A DNA stretch of 12,041 bases from a virus, in IMG/VR virus record IMGVR_UViG_3300045988_161355, positions 1-12,041 of that record; one strand, given 5' to 3'. Shown here piece after piece: positions 1 through 8,899 of this stretch. Within the stretch, counting starts at the first letter, position 1. Each line of letters starts with the position of its first letter. A program made the translations under genes and the position numbers. The notes below the pieces were generated by a model. It was not told the DNA's origin, did not search any database, and saw only the letters and a list, made by a program, of their open reading frames with translations.

Positions 1-170
1 ATCCCCCACGCTCCCTTACCTCACAACCTAATTTAAATCCAGAGATTCCAACCTTTGGCGCTCATACCTAAGGCGTGCCACCTAGTTATCAAAACAAGAC
101 TATCACACTAACTTTATAACACATAGTTATCATTAACACTTGACAACGTTAATAAAAAAGGCTAGACTAA
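1..170. repeat. Left inverted terminal repeat (ITR-L), 170 bp
   Basis: Bases 1-170 are the exact reverse complement of 11872-12041; I checked all seventeen 10-mers with no mismatch. Identity breaks at 171 (t) versus the complement of 11871 (a). Terminal sequence is 5'-ATCCCCCACGCTCCC. Confidence 0.95.
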
Positions 171-179
171 TGTCTAACC
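151..179 (-). terminator. Rho-independent terminator ending the minus-strand gene array, straddling the ITR boundary
   Basis: Minus-strand RNA reads GGUUAGAC-AUUA-GUCUAGCC (8-bp stem with one G.U pair, 4-nt loop) followed by UUUUUUAUU. It lies 14 nt downstream of the ATPase TAA (193-195). The 5' arm lies outside the ITR and the 3' arm plus U-run lie inside it. Confidence 0.6.
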
Positions 180-192
180 TAGTTATTTAATA

Positions 193-1265
193 TTAAAGAT
201 TATAACACCATTCAAGATATGCGTTGACCAAGTCGCCTACTTCATTACTTTGATAAAAGACTTTATCATCTTTAAATAGACTTTGTATTAATTTAGCATA
301 TGGTTGCGTTCCTGTAAGTATATTTCTATGATGAAGAGGATTGACGCTAAATTCCTGTTGATAAATTATTGAGGTATCTCTCTTAGTCATTTCACGTGTA
401 AAAGGCATGATGAAGATAAATAGAGTTTTATCAACATTGACAATGTCGGCTTTTAACGTTTCGCCGTCAAAACATATGAAAAAGTTCATTATGATGTTTT
501 TAGGCACGTACTTAATAGGTAGTTTAGGATAAATAGCTATTTGCCAATAGCCTTGAGTTATCATTTTTAGTTTAGGATTGTTAAAACCAAAATAAGTGGA
601 TTTTGACAGTTTACTTTCATTGTCATCACGTTTACGACAATATTCAAGGGCAACCGTTGTTAAACTTTCGCCGTAAGTATAAAAATCAATAGTGCCTTGT
701 TTTTGTTTCTTAACATTAGTCAACCCCATTTCCTGGAAGTATGGACAATATTTAGAAATTGTATTACCTAACATAAAAATTTTTACACCAAGTCTATCAC
801 GTATAATAGTTGACAGTAAGTTTTCAAACTCAACGAATTCATCCTCTAAATAACTACCACTTGTTATTACTTCATCATAAATTATTGTTTGTACGTTAGG
901 GTATTCATAGCTTTTATAATTAAGTTCATCTTGAACGTTGAATCTATGACCGACAAGGGCTTCACGATGTACTATTCCTTTATCATCAACATTACACAAC
1001 CAAAAGTCATTTTGATAGTAATTCATAATACTATATTCCCCCTTAGTCCATTCTTTAATAGGTTTATTGCATAGCTTTTGAATGTCTTGAGCTTTCATTT
1101 CATCGCGTCGTCTTCTTATATATGCAAATCTATTACCGTTTTTAATAAACTCTTTTACGGCATATTCTAGACATGCAAACGTCTTACCATTCGAACGCTC
1201 GCCAATTATAAAGTTATATACAGCGTTAAGCTGTAATATTTTAGTTAATTTATAATATTTTTTCA

Positions 1266-1266
<1 letters not shown>
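193..1266 (-). CDS. DNA encapsidation (packaging) ATPase, phi29 gp16-like
   Basis: 357 aa. The N-terminus NFIIGERSNGKTF...FAYIRRRRDEMK parallels the phi29 gp16 N-terminal Walker A region (FVIGARGIGKS...FIYVRRYK, from memory). Walker A is GERSNGKT and Walker B is TIIYDEV. The ATG at 1264-1266 overlaps the pol stop as TAATG. An AAAGGAGG SD lies upstream. Confidence 0.85.
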
Positions 1267-4065
<2,799 letters not shown>

Positions 4066-4086
4066 TTTAATACCTCCTTTTTTAAT

Positions 4087-4117
4087 TAGTCTTAAAGACT
4101 AGCTTATAAGGCTAGTC
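4087..4117 (-). terminator. Stem-loop with alternative pairing between the 163-aa gene and the TP gene (leaky terminator or attenuator-like element)
   Basis: Minus-strand RNA reads AAGGACUAGC-CUUAUA-GCUAGUCUUU (8-10 bp stem) and covers the TAG stop of the 163-aa ORF (4112-4114). Arm 4096-4103 can alternatively pair with 4087-4092 (UAGUCU-UUA-AGACUA). The downstream U-run is short (UUU), so termination is probably partial. Confidence 0.4.
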
Positions 4118-4603
4118 CTTAATAGTGATATCGACATCATCGAACATATCTTTAACTTTATCAATGTTTAAATTTTCAACCATATCAGAGTTTAAAGCCT
4201 TAGGTTGTTGCTTTTCCTCTTCCTCAGTCACGAAAAACCATTCGTTTTTATCTTCATGTTTAGGGGCTTCATTCTCTAAAACTACATATTTTAGCACGTT
4301 GTTGATGTAAATACAAGGGTATTTTTTCTTGCCGTCTTTTCTAATATAAGGATCATAACCAAAGTCAGGAGTTGAAAAGTCACTTGTTAATAAACTACCT
4401 TTGTACTTGGTTAGTGCGTTGATATCTAGCTTATAAGGGCTTAAAGCTGAGGTGTCTAGATTTTGGCTAAATCTTACACCAACATTCATATACTTACCCT
4501 CTTTATTAATTAGTTTAGTGTAATACGTCGGAAATTTATTTCCTGTTGAACTTGTTCTCTCTCCCTTGTAAAGTGTAATTAATCTCTTGTTTAAATTTTG
4601 CAT
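4112..4603 (-). CDS. Hypothetical early-region protein (163 aa) with acidic C-terminus; possible ssDNA/dsDNA-binding replication accessory protein
   Basis: Long ORF on the coding strand in the replication module upstream of TP/pol. The acidic tail (EEEEKQQ...DMFDDVDITIKD) is reminiscent of SSB C-tails. There is no SD (AGGAAAG is about 30 nt upstream) and TAAAAT sits 6 nt before the ATG, so the mRNA may be leaderless. Function unknown. Confidence 0.55.
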   Translation of the reverse strand: MQNLNKRLITLYKGERTSSTGNKFPTYYTKLINKEGKYMNVGVRFSQNLDTSALSPYKLDINALTKYKGSLLTSDFSTPDFGYDPYIRKDGKKKYPCIYINNVLKYVVLENEAPKHEDKNEWFFVTEEEEKQQPKALNSDMVENLNIDKVKDMFDDVDITIKD

Positions 4604-4683
4604 AATATATTTTAACGTTGATTTTTTTTCTTTCCTGAGGTTTTATCAACAAACCCAATTTTAATTAATTAATTTGTGTATAA

Positions 4684-5034
4684 TTAGTATACTATAATAG
4701 TACCATTTTGTATAGTAATATCGTTAACATATTGTCCTGTAGGAGATGCTACAAAGTGTCTAATAGCAATATCGTAAATTGTATTAACACCTTTTTTAGC
4801 ACTCGCTTTAATTAAACGTTTATGATTATATACACGTTTTAAAGCAGTTTCTAAATCAGGCAAATTATTTATATTAACTTGATTTCCTGTTATACCTTCT
4901 TCACTATTGAAATAAGCAATACTAATAGAATAATATTCATTTTTCATTTTTATTAATTCCTTTCGTCTAATATAAATAGCGTCAGTGTCGCTATACATTC
5001 CATAAGTTGTTAAATATCGTTTTAAACCGGACAT
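4684..5034 (-). CDS. Hypothetical protein (116 aa)
   Basis: ATG preceded by AGGTGG. Coding-strand ORF with no recognisable motif. Confidence 0.5.
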   Translation of the reverse strand: MSGLKRYLTTYGMYSDTDAIYIRRKELIKMKNEYYSISIAYFNSEEGITGNQVNINNLPDLETALKRVYNHKRLIKASAKKGVNTIYDIAIRHFVASPTGQYVNDITIQNGTIIVY

Positions 5035-5129
5035 ACGTCCACCTATTGGAAAATTAAAATTTTTATAAGATTCTAAAACCTCATTTAAACTATAATAATG
5101 ATTTTTTCATTTTAATCATTTCACCTCAT

Positions 5130-5324
5130 TTAATCTAATTCCTCTAAAACTAGATATAGTAATATTGATAATACTATTAGTACAAATAACACTAAATTAC
5201 CTATACTAACATATAACAATAATTCAATATTAAATACTGAATAAAGTACAATACCTGTTATTATTAATAACACGTAAATGTTAAAAGTGATAATTAATAA
5301 TATTCTTCTCATTTTTTCACACAT
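5130..5324 (-). CDS. Small two-TM membrane protein, holin-like (64 aa, or 60 aa from the second Met)
   Basis: Two hydrophobic helices (ILLIITFNIYVLLIITGIVLYSVF and LLLYVSIGNLVLFVLIVLSILLYLVL), a basic N-terminus (MCEKMRR) and a short charged C-terminus (EELD). Its ATG overlaps the stop of the upstream 58-aa ORF (TAAGGATG). Confidence 0.45.
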   Translation of the reverse strand: MCEKMRRILLIITFNIYVLLIITGIVLYSVFNIELLLYVSIGNLVLFVLIVLSILLYLVLEELD

Positions 5325-5326
5325 CC

Positions 5327-5503
5327 TTAAATGTAAACCGGGTAAACTTCAACAATAACTAAATCAAGTGTACTTGTAATATTGCTAATTGAAATGCAAG
5401 GAGCTAATCCTTTACCTAACATAAAATGTCTCAATTCTACTATACTATCAAAGTAATAGTTATCTCTTTGTAAATGTAATAAATATGTTGTTTTTGTAGT
5501 CAT
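5327..5503 (-). CDS. Unannotated small ORF, 58 aa (MTTKTTYLLHLQRDNYYFDSIVELRHFMLGKGLAPCISISNITSTLDLVIVEVYPVYI)
   Basis: Not in the supplied ORF track (below its length cutoff); I translated it by hand. TGGAGGAATTAAAA-ATG is a strong SD with 8-nt spacing. It fills the otherwise unexplained 5325-5516 gap. Its SD overlaps the stop of the 73-aa ORF and its own stop abuts the holin-like start. Confidence 0.5.
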   Translation of the reverse strand: MTTKTTYLLHLQRDNYYFDSIVELRHFMLGKGLAPCISISNITSTLDLVIVEVYPVYI

Positions 5504-5516
5504 TTTAATTCCTCCA

Positions 5517-5738
5517 TTATCTTTTTAAAAATTCATAAATGTTATAATAACCACTAACAACACGTTCGAGTTTCCATTCATCATTATATACACATAGTTC
5601 ACTAATGTTATCTTGCTTCAATTTAATGAAATAATTGAAACATGCAATGAAATAATTGAAACATGCTTTCTTACTGTGGGTAATTCTTGCATAAGCATCA
5701 TAAGCGTCATAGTTATGTTTTTTTAAAATATAAATCAT
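5517..5738 (-). CDS. Hypothetical small protein (73 aa) containing a duplicated heptapeptide ACFNYFI-ACFNYFI
   Basis: AAGGAGGTATTAAA-ATG is a perfect SD, identical to the 17-mer in front of the TP gene. It contains the 21-bp perfect tandem duplication at 5625-5666. Confidence 0.5.
   Translation of the reverse strand: MIYILKKHNYDAYDAYARITHSKKACFNYFIACFNYFIKLKQDNISELCVYNDEWKLERVVSGYYNIYEFLKR
5625..5666. repeat. Perfect 21-bp tandem duplication (aatgaaataattgaaacatgc x2), in frame within the 73-aa ORF
   Basis: 5625-5645 equals 5646-5666 exactly. The duplicated unit is 7 codons. Confidence 0.9.
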
Positions 5739-5750
5739 TTTAATACCTCC

Positions 5751-5981
5751 TTAAAATATTATTTCGTCACAACTTATAATACATCGTCCATTGAAAACAT
5801 GTAATTTTTTACAATTAATCAAATTAATAGTAGTAATGTTATTAATATCTTTATTATAACATGTACATACCATTTCATTTTTATTATACATGTAAACAAT
5901 CTTTTCACTTCCATTAATTAATGTGTTAAGTAATTCCTTATAATTATTAACATTCATTTTCATTTTAAACCACCTTAGCAC
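5751..5981 (-). CDS. Hypothetical small Cys-rich protein (76 aa from the GTG at 5981; 70 aa from the ATG at 5963), possible zinc-binding
   Basis: Pattern C-x-C-x15-C-x9-C-x3-C in an otherwise Cys-poor proteome. AAGGTGG + 6 nt precedes the ATG at 5963. GAAAGGAAG + 7 nt precedes the GTG at 5981. It is the first gene downstream of the internal promoter. Confidence 0.5.
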   Translation of the reverse strand: MLRWFKMKMNVNNYKELLNTLINGSEKIVYMYNKNEMVCTCYNKDINNITTINLINCKKLHVFNGRCIISCDEIIF

Positions 5982-6011
5982 CTTAGTGCTTCCTTTCTTC
6001 TTTACGTCTAT

Positions 6012-6039
6012 AGTTTATCACAAAAAAGTGACTTTTCAA
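6012..6039 (-). promoter_or_regulatory. Internal sigma70-type promoter with extended -10 (TTGAAA - 16 bp - TGaTAAACT), minus strand
   Basis: Minus-strand sequence reads cTTGAAAagtcacttttttgTGaTAAACTatag. It lies in the 148-bp non-coding gap 5982-6129, just downstream of the tail-knob terminator and upstream of the small-ORF, lysis and replication block. A GCAC-UAAG-GUGC hairpin and an AAGGTGG SD follow in the 5' UTR. Confidence 0.4.
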
Positions 6040-6087
6040 CAAGAAAATGAAAAAAGGCTTTATAAACTTATTTTCTAAAGTTAAACA

Positions 6088-6115
6088 TAATAAAAACCCT
6101 CAATTAAGAGGATTC
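6088..6115 (-). terminator. Intrinsic terminator after the tail-knob gene
   Basis: Minus-strand RNA reads AAUCCUC-UUAAUU-GAGGGUU (7-bp stem including one G.U) followed by UUUAUUAUGUUU. It begins 15 nt after the TAA at 6130-6132. Confidence 0.5.
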
Positions 6116-6129
6116 TAAACTTTATTTAA

Positions 6130-7668
6130 TTAAGTGAACGGGTAATCATTTTCATCATAATAAGACGTCCATACACCATTTTGAAGCAATTCAAGAATAG
6201 TATTCTCAGCAGTTAACGTATAATTACCTTCTTTTAGTCGTTGTCCGGGGGCTATGTTAAAGTATGCTTTTGAAAAATCTTCTAGTGATACAAAGTTCAT
6301 AACTAAACGTCCATAGTTATTTACAACATCAATATAATTAATTATTTCTTTATAGGCTATAGTATAATTGCTCTTTTTATATTGTACGAATGCAGATGCA
6401 CCGGTTATTGTTCCCCCGCTTGCTCTATCAACAATGCTATTAGCAGTCTTTGCTGTTCCTGTAACCATTCCAACAAATTGATTAGTGGCGTTTAAAAGTC
6501 CTAAAGGATTACCTGTTAACCCCGCTACGGCTACGCTTGAAATAGCACCAACACCACTTGCGATAGTGTTCCATATACCATTTTTTTCCTGTACGTTATT
6601 TTCATAAGCGTTTGTGCTATTTAATGATAATAGTATACCTAGTTGATAAGTGTTAGTATAGATAATTCTTGATGCATTGCCTTTCACACTAGTTATGTAA
6701 ATAGTTGCTTCACCGGTCGTTAAGTTTATCATTGAATTAACTAATAAATGAGCACCCACACAATCTAAATAATTAACTTGAACGCTTCCATACGCAACAA
6801 TATAAAGCGTTATAACACTATCACTGAACCTTGTAGCATCATTAAAGCTTATCAATGATAATCTAGTGAAATCGTAATCCGCTATAAGGTTATATTCATA
6901 TCTATTAGGAGCTATAGGCACGTTTGATATACCTTTTATATTTTCATTACCTACTTTAAAAGGTATTGTTATAGCACTTCCTGTGTTATCTCTAGCATAA
7001 TCGATATATATTGGAAATTTAATTATTGATTTAATGAACGTTTTTAAATTATCGTTTGAAATGACAGCCTGTGATAAACTTTTTAATTGACTTTCAGTTA
7101 GTTCATAAATTTGTTCATTAACTTTATTTGGAGGCGCGAACATATTACCCTCCAATCCATTAATAGTACTATTACCTATTTGAACCGATGTTGCCTCAGG
7201 TGTAATAATACTAACTATATATGTACTATTAGGATTTAAAGTCATATTAGTTGTTTTATTAATGATAGGGTTAGTTTGATCGTTAATAATACTTATTTCG
7301 TCATTCTTTAAAAATAATTCATCTTTTAAAGTGAAATTATTAAATTGATTAGCACGCTCAATGTATAGTTCTTCTTTTAAGATTTTTTCTTTATATGTGT
7401 ATAAATAATCAAGTTGAATATACCAACGCATTATACCTCCGTTTAGAAGCTCTATATTATCAATATAATAATAGTATTCTTTGTTATTCCAAGACGTTGA
7501 AATATAGGCTATATCTTGTAATTCGATAGCATCTTTAACATCAATATATGTCGCATTAATATTAAAAGGTTTCAACAAGTTTATGTCAATTGTTTTTGAT
7601 AAGTGAATTGAATAATATTTGTCTATGACTGCTCTAGGTCCTTTTATATCGTAAATTTTAAAAATCAT
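6130..7668 (-). CDS. Tail knob / distal tail tube protein, phi29 gp9-like (512 aa)
   Basis: A C-terminal segment ILELLQNGVWTSY resembles the phi29 gp9 C-terminus (IRTIFDNGITLWH, from memory). A long Gly/Ala/Ser/Val-rich hydrophobic segment (GIWNTIASGVGAISSVAVAGLTGNPLGLL...ASGGTITGASAF) matches the gp9 channel-forming loop region. An aromatic-rich N-domain (EYYYYIDNIELL...WYIQLDYLYTY) matches the gp9 FEIDVLQTW region. AAAGGAGGTTATAAA-ATG is a strong SD. Confidence 0.6.
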   Translation of the reverse strand: MIFKIYDIKGPRAVIDKYYSIHLSKTIDINLLKPFNINATYIDVKDAIELQDIAYISTSWNNKEYYYYIDNIELLNGGIMRWYIQLDYLYTYKEKILKEELYIERANQFNNFTLKDELFLKNDEISIINDQTNPIINKTTNMTLNPNSTYIVSIITPEATSVQIGNSTINGLEGNMFAPPNKVNEQIYELTESQLKSLSQAVISNDNLKTFIKSIIKFPIYIDYARDNTGSAITIPFKVGNENIKGISNVPIAPNRYEYNLIADYDFTRLSLISFNDATRFSDSVITLYIVAYGSVQVNYLDCVGAHLLVNSMINLTTGEATIYITSVKGNASRIIYTNTYQLGILLSLNSTNAYENNVQEKNGIWNTIASGVGAISSVAVAGLTGNPLGLLNATNQFVGMVTGTAKTANSIVDRASGGTITGASAFVQYKKSNYTIAYKEIINYIDVVNNYGRLVMNFVSLEDFSKAYFNIAPGQRLKEGNYTLTAENTILELLQNGVWTSYYDENDYPFT

Positions 7669-7683
7669 TTTATAACCTCCTTT

Positions 7684-7715
7684 AATAAAAAATAGACTAG
7701 GCTATAAAAGCCTAG
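7684..7715 (-). terminator. Intrinsic terminator after the major capsid gene
   Basis: Minus-strand RNA reads CUAGGCU-UUUAU-AGCCUAG (7-bp stem) followed by UCUAUUUUUUAUU. It sits 10 nt after the MCP TAA and immediately before the tail-knob SD. The sequence is clearly related to the 4087-4117 element and to the ITR-junction terminator. Confidence 0.6.
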
Positions 7716-7724
7716 CCTTTAAAT

Positions 7725-8885
7725 TTAAGCTACATAGAATACAACAAAGTTTTCATCAAATGAGTTGAAGTATCTAGCTTCTTGTTTATAAAAATAGTTA
7801 GTAAATTCACTCTTAGCGTTGTAGTTAGTTAACACACGTCTATCATATAGATTAACACCTAAAGCGTCATTGTCAAACATTACAGCTAGAATTCCGTCAG
7901 CCTCAATAGTGTCGCCCTCGGATGTTTTTACATGTATTTTTGAAACATCGGCAAAATCATATGCCTCGCCTGTTCCTTGCCACTTAACAACTGTTTCCGC
8001 GAGTGGAAGTTCGGTTAATTCATTATGATATGTATCACTTTGTAGGAATACATCGCTTGCACGTTTCAAATCACTTAACATAATGACATGTAATAGATTC
8101 TTAGGCGTAAATCGTTGCTTCTTTTCAATGTTGAATAACACTGAGTATGTCTTTAACATGTCGATATACTTACCCATTTTATAAGTAGCAAATCTAATGA
8201 AGTCCTTATCATAAATACATTTTTCTTTCGTTAATGTAGTTGTGTAAGTATCATTATATAATTTCAATAAATTAACGGCTTTTGATCCTGAGTGTTGTGA
8301 ATAATTGCCGTTAGGTACTTCATTTTTTAAAGTCACACCGATAAAATTATTAATAGTACGTTTAATCAAATTCTCAGTTGCTAAAGTTAAAGCATTATTA
8401 ATCTTTGTGAAAATCATTTCAATGAATCTATTCATTTCATACGCACTTGTAAAGCTTTCGCGTACTTGTCGGTCAGTGATAGAGCGGTCAACCTCAAACG
8501 TTGTTAGTCCATTATAGAATTTAACGCTTACTCCATTAGGAGCATTGAAAATGTTAGGGTCGTATGACGTTCCATTTTCAAGTTGCCAGCTTTCATTCTC
8601 GCTAACGTCAGGTAGGTCGGCATCAACTTTACCTAAAATGGAACCATATTCCCATGAGTCCATTAGAACCTTAATTCCGTCACCTTGGTATTGTCTATCA
8701 ACAAAAACCATTCTACCAATTCTATTAACTAAAGCACGTACATAATTGTCATATGCCTTAGCGTTTTCAATTGTTTCGCCTATTGTGACTAAGTTTGATA
8801 AATCTTCTGTAAGTAAAGTCGTTTCTTCCCCTAAGGTAGACTTTAACACCTCATTTACTAGGGGAGCTATTTGTTTAACTTCCAT
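7725..8885 (-). CDS. Major capsid protein, phi29 gp8-like (386 aa)
   Basis: The N-terminal region ...YVRALVNRIGRMVFVDRQ matches the phi29 gp8 block ...SLVDRIGLVVIRQ (from memory). It has the size and position of an HK97-fold podophage MCP. SD is AAGGAGG + 9 nt. It is followed by a strong terminator. Confidence 0.8.
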   Translation of the reverse strand: MEVKQIAPLVNEVLKSTLGEETTLLTEDLSNLVTIGETIENAKAYDNYVRALVNRIGRMVFVDRQYQGDGIKVLMDSWEYGSILGKVDADLPDVSENESWQLENGTSYDPNIFNAPNGVSVKFYNGLTTFEVDRSITDRQVRESFTSAYEMNRFIEMIFTKINNALTLATENLIKRTINNFIGVTLKNEVPNGNYSQHSGSKAVNLLKLYNDTYTTTLTKEKCIYDKDFIRFATYKMGKYIDMLKTYSVLFNIEKKQRFTPKNLLHVIMLSDLKRASDVFLQSDTYHNELTELPLAETVVKWQGTGEAYDFADVSKIHVKTSEGDTIEADGILAVMFDNDALGVNLYDRRVLTNYNAKSEFTNYFYKQEARYFNSFDENFVVFYVA

Positions 8886-8899
8886 TTCTTTTTTCCTCC

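Noticed and set aside
82-137. DnaA-box-like TTATCA repeats in the ITR
   Set aside because: None matches TTATCCACA closely, and a protein-primed replicon does not need DnaA. I kept them only as possible DBP or operator sites.
889-1074. Plus-strand ORFs in the track (889-1074, 4125-4310, 8305-8517, 8545-8745, 10164-10427)
   Set aside because: All are nested antisense inside well-supported minus-strand genes. They lack SDs and have low-complexity hydrophobic translations. They are best explained as chance open frames.
4622-4629. T8/A8 homopolymer in the intergenic region upstream of the 163-aa gene, as a possible slipped-strand phase-variation tract
   Set aside because: Tracts of 6-8 are frequent in this roughly 70% AT genome. 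There is no recognisable -35/-10 pair whose spacing it would set.
5035-5129. Mini-ORF ATG-ATT-AAA-ATG-AAA-AAA-TCA-TTA-TTA-TAG (MIKMKKSLL) with GAGGTG upstream, seen as a possible leader peptide
   Set aside because: It is only 9 codons, with no supporting structure for attenuation. I treated the 95-bp gap as a plain intergenic region carrying the 116-aa gene's SD.
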